A DNA stretch of 59,820 nucleotides, counting the filler, from a bacterium (lineage in GTDB: Bacteria; UBP15; UBA6099; JAJRTR01), in the NCBI GenBank assembly GCA_024278215.1. It is 3 parts of 3 records of this genome, joined end to end, with 100 filler letters (N's around TTAATTAATTAA, not from the genome) between each part and the next. Parts side by side here need not be neighbours in the genome. Positions count along the whole stretch, not along the records: positions 1 to 28,689 come from JAJRTR010000025.1; positions 28,790 to 46,115 come from JAJRTR010000029.1; 1 more part is not named here. One strand, written 5' to 3'. Shown piece by piece: positions 19,829-29,031 of the stretch. The notes beneath the pieces were generated by a model, which made no database searches, was not told the origin of the DNA, and saw only the letters and a list, made by a program, of their open reading frames with translations. Position numbers and translations under genes: made by a program. The stretch's first letter is position 1; every line of letters begins with the position of its first letter.

Positions 19829-20976
19829 GCCGTCAACAGGTCCTTATAGCCTGAAATCCTGTCCTTGTTTGCCATCAAAGCGTTGAGGACGGGCCCCACA
19901 CTTTCTTTCATCGTCCTGGGCTCGCCGGTCAGCATATTTATGAACTTTTCATTTCTGAATCTGTATTCATTCCCTTCCTTTTCGATCCTGGGATTCGGTA
20001 TGAAATCGACTTGCGCGTCATGGTGGTTGTCTTTCATAAAGTCGACAATCGACTGTGCGAGGTCTTTTATTCTGGTGTACTCCGTAAGCTGATTGAATAC
20101 ACGAAGTTCCTTTGTTTTTTCGAGCCTGACCGCGTCGACAATCGACCGGGCGGCATCTTCAATGTGGATGAAAGGCTTTATCTGGTTGCCGGTTCCATAG
20201 ATGCTGAGCGGCTGCTCCAGAACCGCCATCACGCACCAACGGTTGAAAAGTGTTCCGAAATAGAAATCGAAATCGAAGCGCGTGGCGAACACTTTGTTTT
20301 CCAGCGTTTCCGCCGTATCCGCCCCATAAATTATGGAGGTTCTGATATCGGTTATGGGCATTCCGGTCTGGAAGTTCATCAGTTGCATATTCGTGGCGTT
20401 GAAGCCTTTGCTGACATGGTACCAAGAAGAAGCCATGTTCGGGTAAGGCACAAGATCGACGTTACCGTCGGCGCCTTCCGCGCGGATGCTGCCTTCAGGG
20501 ATGTCGAAATTCGGGGCCCCGTAAATACCTGTAGTCGTAGTTTCAATAAAATGTGTATCGAGCAGCCCCTTCTCCTTCAGCGCCCACAGAAGATTTCTCG
20601 TCATAGCAATATTGTTGTCCTGGGTGTAGGCGCACTTCTCGGAGTCCAGATGAGAATATGGAGCCGAAGGCTGAGCTGCGGTGTGCACTACCACTTCCGG
20701 CTTATAAATGTTGATCAGGTCTTTTACAAAACTGTAGTCCGAAAGGTCTCCCTCTATAAAACTGATATTCCTGTACCCGCTCTCGAACGCGGCCTCAAGT
20801 CTTTCTTCCATTGAAAAAACCGGTATTGCCGACACTGAACCTATCTCCTCGACCCACATCCTTCTCCCGAAATTATCTACCCCGATTATCCTGTCGCCGG
20901 GGAACGCTTTACTCAATTTCAGCAGCGACGGCCAGCCCAGATACCCATCCGCTCCTGTCAGTAATACACGCATCAT
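19825..20976 (-). CDS. UDP-sulfoquinovose synthase-like protein (SqdB/SQD1/Agl3 family)
   Basis: GADGYLGW, DNFGRR, QPSAPYS, TQDNN, YG.PN.DIPEG, YP..ASSWYHVSK and TRFDFD.YFGT..NR match the SQD1 family pattern. Confidence 0.8.
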   Translation of the reverse strand: MMRVLLTGADGYLGWPSLLKLSKAFPGDRIIGVDNFGRRMWVEEIGSVSAIPVFSMEERLEAAFESGYRNISFIEGDLSDYSFVKDLINIYKPEVVVHTAAQPSAPYSHLDSEKCAYTQDNNIAMTRNLLWALKEKGLLDTHFIETTTTGIYGAPNFDIPEGSIRAEGADGNVDLVPYPNMASSWYHVSKGFNATNMQLMNFQTGMPITDIRTSIIYGADTAETLENKVFATRFDFDFYFGTLFNRWCVMAVLEQPLSIYGTGNQIKPFIHIEDAARSIVDAVRLEKTKELRVFNQLTEYTRIKDLAQSIVDFMKDNHHDAQVDFIPNPRIEKEGNEYRFRNEKFINMLTGEPRTMKESVGPVLNALMANKDRISGYKDLLTA

Positions 20977-21066
20977 TACCCTCCGTTGTGTTCTGTGCTC
21001 TGGTGATCAATTATACATAAAAAACCTGATATAATTAAGTTATTAAGCAAATATAACAAGTCAGGA

Positions 21067-21116
21067 GAACCGATTGCAAATTATGTTCGTAGCGAGGTCG
21101 AACGAAATTGTTCAGA
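21067..21116 (+). mobile_element. Truncated copy of MITE family A
   Basis: GAACCGATTGCAAATTATGTTCGTAGCGAGGTCGAACGAAATTGTTCAGA matches the left ~50 nt of the full copies. Confidence 0.75.
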
Positions 21117-21574
21117 CGAAAAACTGTGTTGCCGGTCCCTGTTTTTCGCGCATTCTTATGCGACTTATTTGAAAACTACATTTATGTCGCACACCCTTTG
21201 TAGATACGGACCTTGTTTTAACAGGGGTTATGGGTAGAATATGCAATAGTCACCGGTATTCATGGAGTCCGATAGATGGCGCTTTCCGGGTTTTCGGCAA
21301 CTCCGGGGCAGATCAAGTCCGTTCAAGGTTTGATCCAATGGTTGTCGGATTATGTAGCTTTTTAGGCGTAGTATCTTAGGACTAAAATGCTACGCAGGAT
21401 GGTAAAGAAATGCTGAAAATAGATCGGTGAAAGCTGGAGCTTCCAGTTACAGGCGTTTCCAAGGTAGACCTTTGGAACGATGAAACTCTGTGTGCCGTGC
21501 TCAAACCGCATTTGTTTGGGCACGAAAATGCGGCCTGTTTGGTTCCGGCTTTGCCGGTCTAGGGGAATACGCTC

Positions 21575-22675
21575 ATATCTCACCTAAGTCACGACAAAAG
21601 CCTTAGAATCATTCATGTCGGGTCCGTGCCGCCTCCTTACGGCGGTGTGTCCGTACACATCGAACGACTTGCGGAATACCTCAACCTTCAGGGGCATCAA
21701 TGCTCTGTTGTCGATGTACTTAAAAAAGAGGGTGATGTCAAAGATTATGTTCTTCTGATGGATCGCTACAGAGCCCTGTCTTTCCTTTTCAGACATCCAC
21801 GATGTATCGTGCACATGCATGATTTCGGATTTGAAGATTTCGGATCAAAATTATACATTACGCTCAGACTGTTCGGGCTATTGATGAAAAAACATTTTTT
21901 TATTCTTTCTTTTCATGATGAACGTTTCCTTGAGCGGCTGAACAACTATGTTGAGACATCCCGCAGGATTATCGCCGCTCACTTCAACAGCTACAGGAAA
22001 GTCATTGTCGATAATCCGGATTGCAGGGAGCTTGCGGCGTGTTTCATAAAGAATCACGACAGAATCGCCGTAGTTCCGGAGTTCATTGCTCCTCCGGTTA
22101 TTCCTCCGATCGAGAACACTGCCGTCAACCGCCTGAGACACGAGCACAGATTCCTTCTTACTTCAAATGCCTGGAAGATATGTTTTCACAACAGGCAGGA
22201 CCTTTATGGAATAGATATGCTGATAGAACTGATGAACAGGCTAGTTAACGAACACAGTATAGACGTGGCACTTGCTTTTCTTCTGCCGCAGATCGAAGAG
22301 CGGGAGTATTTCGAGAAACTTAACAGGCGAATATCCGAACTTGGTCTGACGGAGAGATTCATCTTCATAACCGAACCGCTGAAAGTAGGCGCTTCGCTGT
22401 GGGCTCTCGGAGATATTTTTGTCAGGGCGACAAATACTGATGGAAACTCGGTCGGTCTGATGGAAGCCCTTTCTCTCGGCATACCCGTTATCGCAAGCGA
22501 TTGCTCTCCAAGGCCCGAAGGAACAGTTCTTTTTCAAACCAGAAATAATAATGATTTATTGGAAAAAACTCTTTCCATTCTTGATAATATTGATAACGCT
22601 CGAAAGAAGGTGAAGGCGCTTAAAATACCGGATGCCGGCAAAGCCATACTCGACATATACAGACATTTGCCGTAA
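21575..22675 (+). CDS. GT4 glycosyltransferase (start uncertain)
   Basis: PPPYGGVSVH, DGNSVGLMEALSLGIPVIASD. The frame is open upstream of GTG 21626 through LRIIHVGS to an ATA at 21575 that has AGGGGA upstream. Confidence 0.8.
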   Translation: MSHLSHDKSLRIIHVGSVPPPYGGVSVHIERLAEYLNLQGHQCSVVDVLKKEGDVKDYVLLMDRYRALSFLFRHPRCIVHMHDFGFEDFGSKLYITLRLFGLLMKKHFFILSFHDERFLERLNNYVETSRRIIAAHFNSYRKVIVDNPDCRELAACFIKNHDRIAVVPEFIAPPVIPPIENTAVNRLRHEHRFLLTSNAWKICFHNRQDLYGIDMLIELMNRLVNEHSIDVALAFLLPQIEEREYFEKLNRRISELGLTERFIFITEPLKVGASLWALGDIFVRATNTDGNSVGLMEALSLGIPVIASDCSPRPEGTVLFQTRNNNDLLEKTLSILDNIDNARKKVKALKIPDAGKAILDIYRHLP

Positions 22676-22723
22676 TCGAAGCGATCTTCACTCATTTCCA
22701 GTTGTCACGGAACTGCTTGTGCG

Positions 22724-22906
22724 TTAACCCGCATATTTCACCAATGCGGGCCAAAAATCGGGAGAATGCCTGTAATACAAGGCGCGGCAAGTGAGTGGTG
22801 CGGGAGCATACTGCCGGTATGTGACCAATCCCAAATCGCCGCCGCAACGCAGTAGAACAGGCGTTATAGCGATTTTCCGGATTTATTTGTGAGAAATCCG
22901 GGTTAA
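22724..22906. mobile_element. ~183 bp non-coding element with imperfect terminal inverted repeats (repeat family B, MITE/REP-like)
   Basis: Left end TTAACCCGCATATTTCACCAA; right end reverse complement TTAACCCGGATTTCTCACAA. The left end recurs at 8121 and ~9590. Confidence 0.65.
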
Positions 22907-22918
22907 AGAGGCGTAATT

Positions 22919-23908
22919 ATGGACTGGAAAAAACAAGAGGTGCTTGTGACCGGAGCGGGGGGGTTTATCGGCAGCCACCTTGTAGAACACCTGTTGGACC
23001 TTGGTGCTTCCGTTCATGCTTTCATACACTACAACTCGCGCAACGACTGGGGTAATCTCGAACTGATTCCAGACGAAAAAACAAAAGAGTTGGAAATAAT
23101 TACGGGCGATGTCACCGATCCGTTTTCAATCGGGAAAGCTGTCGCGAAAACTTCGGTGGTTTTTCATCTCGCCTCGCTGATCGCGATACCTTATTCGTAT
23201 ACCGCGCCTGCAAGTTATGTAAAAACAAATGTCGAGGGAACTCTCAATGTTATGCAGGCCTGCCTCGAATGCGGAGTGGAGAAAGTTGTGCATACATCCA
23301 CGAGTGAAGTGTATGGAACGGCGCAATATGTTCCGATAGACGAGAAACATCCCCTCCAGGGCCAGTCGCCATATTCCGCCAGTAAGATCGGAGCAGACAA
23401 AATCGCGGAGAGTTATTACCTTTCTTTCGATCTTCCCGTGGCGACGGCCAGGCCCTTCAATACGTATGGTCCGAGACAATCGGCAAGGGCGATAATCCCC
23501 TCTGTGGCCTGCCAGGTGCTCGCCGGGCAAGACGTCCGGCTCGGCTCTCTTTCGCCTGTCAGAGACCTCACTTACGTACTTGATACCGTGAAAGGCTTCA
23601 CTGCCGTCGCCGCTTGTGCCGATACCGCCGGACAGGTTCTGAATATCGGGTCCGGCAAAGGAATAAGCATCGGTGACCTTGCCGACAAAATCATTGCCGC
23701 GACCGGGAAGGAATCCGGAATTATCCGTGATCCTGCACGTACCAGGCCCGATAAGAGCGAAGTCATGCGGTTGATATGCGATAATTCATTGATGAAAAAG
23801 ACTACAGGCTGGGAACCCCGCCATACTCTGACAATGGGGATAGAAGAGACGGTAAAATGGATTTCCGACAACCTGTACCTCTACAAAACAGGGATATACA
23901 ATGTATGA
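22919..23908 (+). CDS. NDP-sugar 4,6-dehydratase (LegB-like)
   Basis: TGAGGFIGSHL, YNS.N.WG.L, LIAIPYSY, TSTSEVYG, QSPYSASK, RPFNTYGPRQSARA. Confidence 0.88.
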   Translation: MDWKKQEVLVTGAGGFIGSHLVEHLLDLGASVHAFIHYNSRNDWGNLELIPDEKTKELEIITGDVTDPFSIGKAVAKTSVVFHLASLIAIPYSYTAPASYVKTNVEGTLNVMQACLECGVEKVVHTSTSEVYGTAQYVPIDEKHPLQGQSPYSASKIGADKIAESYYLSFDLPVATARPFNTYGPRQSARAIIPSVACQVLAGQDVRLGSLSPVRDLTYVLDTVKGFTAVAACADTAGQVLNIGSGKGISIGDLADKIIAATGKESGIIRDPARTRPDKSEVMRLICDNSLMKKTTGWEPRHTLTMGIEETVKWISDNLYLYKTGIYNV

Positions 23909-24627
23909 TTAAAAACACAAAACAGGCTGTTGTACTGGCGGGCGGCAGGGGTACACGTCTGCGCCCGTATACTTCGATATTGCCGAAACCGCTCATGCCC
24001 GTGGGCGACATACCCATCCTCGAAGTGATCGTAAGACAGCTCAGGCACCACGGGTTCAGGGAGATTATCCTGGCGGTCGGTTATTTGTCGTCATTGATCG
24101 AGGCCTACTTCGGCAACGGTGAAAAATGGGGAGTCGACATTCGTTATTCCCACGAGCCCAAAGCGCTTGGAACTGTCGGACCTCTGAAACTGATAGATAA
24201 TCTTCGCCCGCCATTTATCCTGATGAACGGCGACGTCCTCACTACACTCGATTACAGCAAACTCTTTTCTTTTCATCTTGAAGAGAATCCTTTTATCACT
24301 GTCGCCGCTCATGAAAAAAGTATCCAGATAAACCTGGGAGTGATCAATAAAGACGACAGCAATTATATTTCCGGCTATACGGAAAAACCCAAGCTCGACT
24401 ACCTGGCCAGCATGGGCGTTTATGTCTTCGGCGAACAAGCGATGGATTTTATTGAAAAAGATGAATATATGGATTTCCCGGACTTGATACAACTGCTTGT
24501 GCGCAGGCAGCACCCAGTGAAAGTCTATCCCTTCAACGGAAGGTGGATCGACATCGGAATCAGAGAAGAACATGAGAAGGCCATAGAGGTCTTCGAGGCC
24601 CTTAAGCATGAGTTCATCCCCGAATAA
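23905..24627 (+). CDS. Sugar-1-phosphate nucleotidyltransferase
   Basis: LAGGRGTRLRPYT..LPKPL, NGD, W.DIG. Start reset to ATG 23905, which overlaps the upstream stop (ATGA). Confidence 0.9.
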   Translation: MIKNTKQAVVLAGGRGTRLRPYTSILPKPLMPVGDIPILEVIVRQLRHHGFREIILAVGYLSSLIEAYFGNGEKWGVDIRYSHEPKALGTVGPLKLIDNLRPPFILMNGDVLTTLDYSKLFSFHLEENPFITVAAHEKSIQINLGVINKDDSNYISGYTEKPKLDYLASMGVYVFGEQAMDFIEKDEYMDFPDLIQLLVRRQHPVKVYPFNGRWIDIGIREEHEKAIEVFEALKHEFIPE

Positions 24628-25798
24628 TAAGATTTCCGCGGCTGGTTTCAACTGGAAGGTGACGCTGTGCGAACCCGACATAGGCACGGAAGAGATAGAA
24701 GCCGTCACGGAGGTCCTGAAGAGAAGGTGGCTGACCGCCGGCGGCGTAACAGCCAGGTTCGAAAAGCAATTCGCCGAAAGGCTGAATGTTAAAAACGCCA
24801 TTGCCGTATCAAACTGTTCCGCCGCACTGTTACTCGCAAACCAGGCGCTCGGCATCGGGCGCGGCGATGAAGTGATATGTCCTTCCCTGACTTTCGCCGC
24901 TTCGGCCAATGCTTCGATTTTCGCGGGCGCTTCCGTCGTTTTCGCGGATATTCGCTCGGAACATGATTTGACTGTTGACCCCTCGGATATCGAATCGAAA
25001 ATCACTGAAAAAACAAAAGCGATTACTGTTGTGCACTATGCCGGTTTCTCTTGCATGATGGACGAAATAACGGAAATTGCGGAACGGCACGGACTTCATA
25101 TTATTGAGGATTGCGCCCATGCTCCGCTCATGAGCCATGTGTTCAAGGATGGAAAAGTTATGTCGCTCGGCTCCATAGGCGAGGCCGGCTGCTTCAGTTT
25201 CTACGGGAATAAAAACATAACAACAGGCGAGGGCGGAATGGTAACTGCAAATGACGATGCCATCGCGGAAAAAATCAGGCTGCTTCGCTCTCACGGCATG
25301 AGCGCAAACTCCTTCGACAAGATAAAGGGCCACGCCTTCAAATACGATATTACATCTCCGGGTTTCAACTTCAGGTTCGACGACCTTAGAGCCTCTATCG
25401 GCATTGTCCAGCTCGATAAACTTGAAAAATCAAATGCTGTCCGCAAGAAAGTCGCCGGCATATATCTGGAATATTTCGACAACTCGCCGGTTTCCATTCC
25501 TTTCAGAAACAGATACGAAACCGGACAGGGCCTTCATATCTTCCCTGTTCTGCTTCCGCGGCGCTGCGACAGGAATAGCGTGATGATGAAACTCAAAGAA
25601 TCCGGTATTCAATCTTCAATACACTATTCGCCCATCCATTTGTTTTCTTATTACAGAGAGAATTTCGGATGCAAAAAAGGATCGCTGCCTGTTACCGAAA
25701 GAGTGAGCGAAAGGATTCTCACTCTTCCACTGCATTCACGCATGTCCGGCGACAACGCTGCTTTTGTAGCGGAAAACCTGCTGAAAGTGATTGCCTGA
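24608..25798 (+). CDS. DegT/DnrJ/EryC1/StrS sugar aminotransferase
   Basis: EDCAHA, FSFYGNKNITTGEGG, GFNFR, LTLPLH. Confidence 0.92.
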   Translation: MSSSPNNKISAAGFNWKVTLCEPDIGTEEIEAVTEVLKRRWLTAGGVTARFEKQFAERLNVKNAIAVSNCSAALLLANQALGIGRGDEVICPSLTFAASANASIFAGASVVFADIRSEHDLTVDPSDIESKITEKTKAITVVHYAGFSCMMDEITEIAERHGLHIIEDCAHAPLMSHVFKDGKVMSLGSIGEAGCFSFYGNKNITTGEGGMVTANDDAIAEKIRLLRSHGMSANSFDKIKGHAFKYDITSPGFNFRFDDLRASIGIVQLDKLEKSNAVRKKVAGIYLEYFDNSPVSIPFRNRYETGQGLHIFPVLLPRRCDRNSVMMKLKESGIQSSIHYSPIHLFSYYRENFGCKKGSLPVTERVSERILTLPLHSRMSGDNAAFVAENLLKVIA

Positions 25799-25809
25799 CA
25801 GAGACAAAC

Positions 25810-26568
25810 ATGACTGACGACATCAAAAAGCTTAAAGCATATAAAACGTATACGAAGGAACTTCTTTGCGACCCGACCGGGTACAATTCCGGCTCCCATA
25901 ATTTTATGGATGAACTAAACATCCGCCAGATGTACGAATACGCCGTGCTTTTCCGCAGGGCTTTTCTCCGCGCCGGATACGCGAAACGCAGTCCTGTGGA
26001 TCTGACACTGCTGGAAGCCGGTTGCGCATGGGGGCTAAGGCTCAATCAGTTGACAAACTTCAATTTCCAACCATCGAATATGTTCGGAATAGACATTATT
26101 CAGGAGTATATCGACGAGGCGAAAAAACTGAATCCGTCGATGAATTTCGATGTCATGTCCGCTACCGATATGAATTTCGAAAACGATTCCTTCGATTTCT
26201 CTTTCGCATGTGTCGCTCTTTCGGCGATGATAGATGAAAATGTGATAAAACGATCGTTGTCCGAACTTTGCAGAGTCTCAAAAGATTTTGTGCTGATCCT
26301 CGATAATTTTGAAAAAGAATATTCCAATATTAAAAACGACATTACATATTTCAAAGGGGTAGACGAGCAGCTTGTACTGAAACTCGCCGACCGTAAAGAT
26401 GTCCGGAGCGTCGAATGTATCGGTTCGTTCTGGACAACAAGCAGTTTCTCATGGCGGATGCACGACATTTTCAACATGTTCCGCTTCCTCGAGAACATCT
26501 CATATCCTTTGTTCATCAAATGGTTGTCAAAAGATTCTCACAAGGCCTTTTTTATTGAACTGAAATAG
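25810..26568 (+). CDS. Class I SAM-dependent methyltransferase
   Basis: LEAGCAWG motif I, GIDI, F.NDSFD; start reset to ATG 25810. Confidence 0.8.
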   Translation: MTDDIKKLKAYKTYTKELLCDPTGYNSGSHNFMDELNIRQMYEYAVLFRRAFLRAGYAKRSPVDLTLLEAGCAWGLRLNQLTNFNFQPSNMFGIDIIQEYIDEAKKLNPSMNFDVMSATDMNFENDSFDFSFACVALSAMIDENVIKRSLSELCRVSKDFVLILDNFEKEYSNIKNDITYFKGVDEQLVLKLADRKDVRSVECIGSFWTTSSFSWRMHDIFNMFRFLENISYPLFIKWLSKDSHKAFFIELK

Positions 26569-26578
26569 CCCTTGGTTC

Positions 26579-28074
26579 CAATACCGTTCAGTTAAGCGAA
26601 ATATGGCTGAAAAACAGGATAGGGTATCAAGAGAAAGGAGGACGGACGATGCCCTATTATGGACAGAGGAAACCGCGGGGAGAAGTCAAACTGACGGAGA
26701 TTATCAGCATGGGCGCTCTGGCGCGAGTTATTCCTGCGAAAGTTGTTGACGAGGCGGTGGAAAAACATGAAAGGAAGGAGACTCGAAATCGTTTACTTCC
26801 TGCGAGAGTAACGGCCTATTACATTATTCTGATGACGATATACAGTCATCTGGGATACCGGGAGATATTGCATGTGATGGTGGAGGGATTCAAAGCACTT
26901 TTCAAGGATCTGAAGGGCTGGCATGTGCCTCACAAATCTGCGGTCACGCAAGCAAGAGCGCGTTTAGGAGCCGAGCCGATGAAGGAACTTTATCGCAACA
27001 TAGTGAGGCCTGTCGCTAAAAAGGAAACAAAAGGGGCATGGTATCGTGGCTGGCGGCTGACAAGTTTTGACGGCACGACACTCGACGTCGCGGACACACC
27101 GGAGAATGAAGCAGCTTTCGGGCGACCTGGCAATGGTCGCAGCGATAACAAGAGCGCATACCCGCAGGTGCGTCTGGTCATGCTGTGCGAGCAGGGAACC
27201 CATGTTCTGGCTGATGTTGAATTCGGCAATCTGGCCACTGGAGAACAAAAAATGGCGCGCAGCCTGTTTCGTTCATTGGAGCCGGAAATGCTCAACCTTG
27301 CAGATCGTAATTTCTTCGGCTACAAGCTGTGGAACGAAGCCAGCGCCACGGGAGCGCAACTGCTGTGGAGAGTGAAGAAAAACTTGATACTCGAACCTGT
27401 GAAGACATTTGAAGACGGATCATTCACCGCATGGATCTATCCCAGCACAAAAGCGCGGCGCAAGAAACATAACGGAATACTTGTGCGGGTCATAGAATAT
27501 ACTATTAATGATTCCGGCCGCATGGACACAGAACCGAAATACCGCCTGATAACAACCATATTAAACCCTGACGACGCGCCCGCCCATGAACTGGCCTGCC
27601 TCTACGAACAGCGACAGGAAATCGAATTCACTTTCGACGAAATCAAAACACATCAGCGCGGCGCCGGCGTTGTGCTTCGCAGCAAAACGTCGCAAGGAGT
27701 TGTCCAGGAAATCTATGGCTACCTGCTCGCCCACTTTGCCATACGCAGCATCATGCACGAAGCCGCCCTTGCGCTGGATATCGATCCCGACCGCGTTTCA
27801 TTCACAAACACTATTCGCATCATCCGAAGAAAGCTTCAGCGGTTCCAGTCCATTTCCCCCCAGGCGGTGGGGTGATTTGCATCAGGAGATTATAGATGAA
27901 ATCGCACAGGAATTATTGCCGAAAAGAAGGCTTAGAATGAATCCGAGAGTTGTCAAAAGAAAAATGTCGGGGTATGCTCTGAAACGCCGGAAACACAGGA
28001 ATTATCCGCAACCGTCCAAGAGAATTCCGGATGCTGTGAAAATTGTCGGCGAGGTGCTTAACTGAACGGCATTG
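26579..28074 (+). mobile_element. IS4-family insertion sequence
   Basis: 19-bp terminal inverted repeats CAATACCGTTCAGTTAAGC / GCTTAACTGAACGGCATTG (1 mismatch) around a transposase. No clear target duplication. Confidence 0.9.
26649..27875 (+). CDS. IS4-family DDE transposase
   Basis: SAVTQARARLG, FDGT, ADRNF, Y..R..IE..F.E.K (YREK-like motif), LRSK...V.QE.YG. Confidence 0.93.
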   Translation: MPYYGQRKPRGEVKLTEIISMGALARVIPAKVVDEAVEKHERKETRNRLLPARVTAYYIILMTIYSHLGYREILHVMVEGFKALFKDLKGWHVPHKSAVTQARARLGAEPMKELYRNIVRPVAKKETKGAWYRGWRLTSFDGTTLDVADTPENEAAFGRPGNGRSDNKSAYPQVRLVMLCEQGTHVLADVEFGNLATGEQKMARSLFRSLEPEMLNLADRNFFGYKLWNEASATGAQLLWRVKKNLILEPVKTFEDGSFTAWIYPSTKARRKKHNGILVRVIEYTINDSGRMDTEPKYRLITTILNPDDAPAHELACLYEQRQEIEFTFDEIKTHQRGAGVVLRSKTSQGVVQEIYGYLLAHFAIRSIMHEAALALDIDPDRVSFTNTIRIIRRKLQRFQSISPQAVG

Positions 28075-28546
28075 GGGTTAGCGCAATATTTCCAATGCCA
28101 CCCACCCGTGAACGGGGTTACAAATTCATGTACGATTGAAATCCTGATATTTCCATGACTGATCCACGAATAGCTATCTTCATATCAGACATGATTATTA
28201 TTTTGTGATTTACTCAAGGTCTTTGTATTGAATGCCGATAATATAACAGGAAAATCCAAAGACATGGACGTCATTGTTTATCACGGAGGATAGCAATATG
28301 TTTGTTTCGTCATTCATATATCATTTCCTTTGTTGAAAAGGCCAACCGTATCTATTATGATGCGGTTTTTTTGTGGGGAATAAATCTGTGTGCTGAAGTG
28401 CTCCACACAACACTTCAGCCGTGTTAAGTGAAGTTGCCGGGTTCCGGGAACATGACGGAAATTCGCTTTCGAATTCCGGATCATGCCCTCAATGGATTCT
28501 ATTCCCGGCTGAAATGTTACTGCTTGCAAAATAACGTCACTGTTTT

Positions 28547-28689
28547 GCGCCAATTGCAAAATTATGTTCGTAGCGAGGTCGAGCGAAATTGTTCAGAGCA
28601 AGGCGGAGGTGTAAAATCCTCGCAGGCGTACTTGTAGAGTACGTCGAGGACGATTTCGCGCCGACAACGCAGCTATGGACAATAGCAGC
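28547..28689 (+). mobile_element. MITE family A copy cut by the assembly gap
   Basis: Near-identical to 59527-59704 up to the N run. Confidence 0.85.
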
Positions 28690-28789
28690 NNNNNNNNNNN
28701 NNNNNNNNNNNNNNNNNNNNNNNNNNNNNNNNNTTAATTAATTAANNNNNNNNNNNNNNNNNNNNNNNNNNNNNNNNNNNNNNNNNNNN
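28690..28789. other. Artificial contig linker
   Basis: N44-TTAATTAATTAA-N44 (stops in all six frames). Confidence 0.97.
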
Positions 28790-29031
28790 GCGTCGGCAAG
28801 AACCTCCTCGACCGGCAGCGAAGGCTTCACTTCATCAGCCCTGAAGACATTTTTCAGTGGAATAACATGCGATGTCGGCTCGACATCTTTTATATCGAGT
28901 TCATCGAGCATGGAAGCGTATTCAAGAATTTTGCTAAGCTGGCCGGCGAAGACGTCGAGTTCATCGTCCGTCATTTCCAGCCTTGAAAGATGCGCGACAT
29001 TCCTGACTTCTTCTATTGTGAGTTTTGCCAT
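28790..29031 (-). CDS. gatC: Asp-tRNA(Asn)/Glu-tRNA(Gln) amidotransferase subunit C (3' end truncated by gap)
   Basis: EEVRNVAHLSRL, QLSKILEY..L.ELD...VEPTSH, NVFRAD. Confidence 0.92.

Noticed and set aside
28428-28637. Short ORFs overlapping MITE copies (also 32563, 43775, 43884)
   Set aside because: Their shared peptide text (LQNYVRSEVERN) simply reflects the repeated non-coding element.
6549-28689. tRNA-anchored genomic island carrying the glycan cluster
   Set aside because: No integrase and no duplicated tRNA 3' end seen before the contig break.
28690-28789. TTAATTAATTAA palindrome inside N runs (also at 46116-46215)
   Set aside because: Artificial six-frame-stop contig spacer, not biology.
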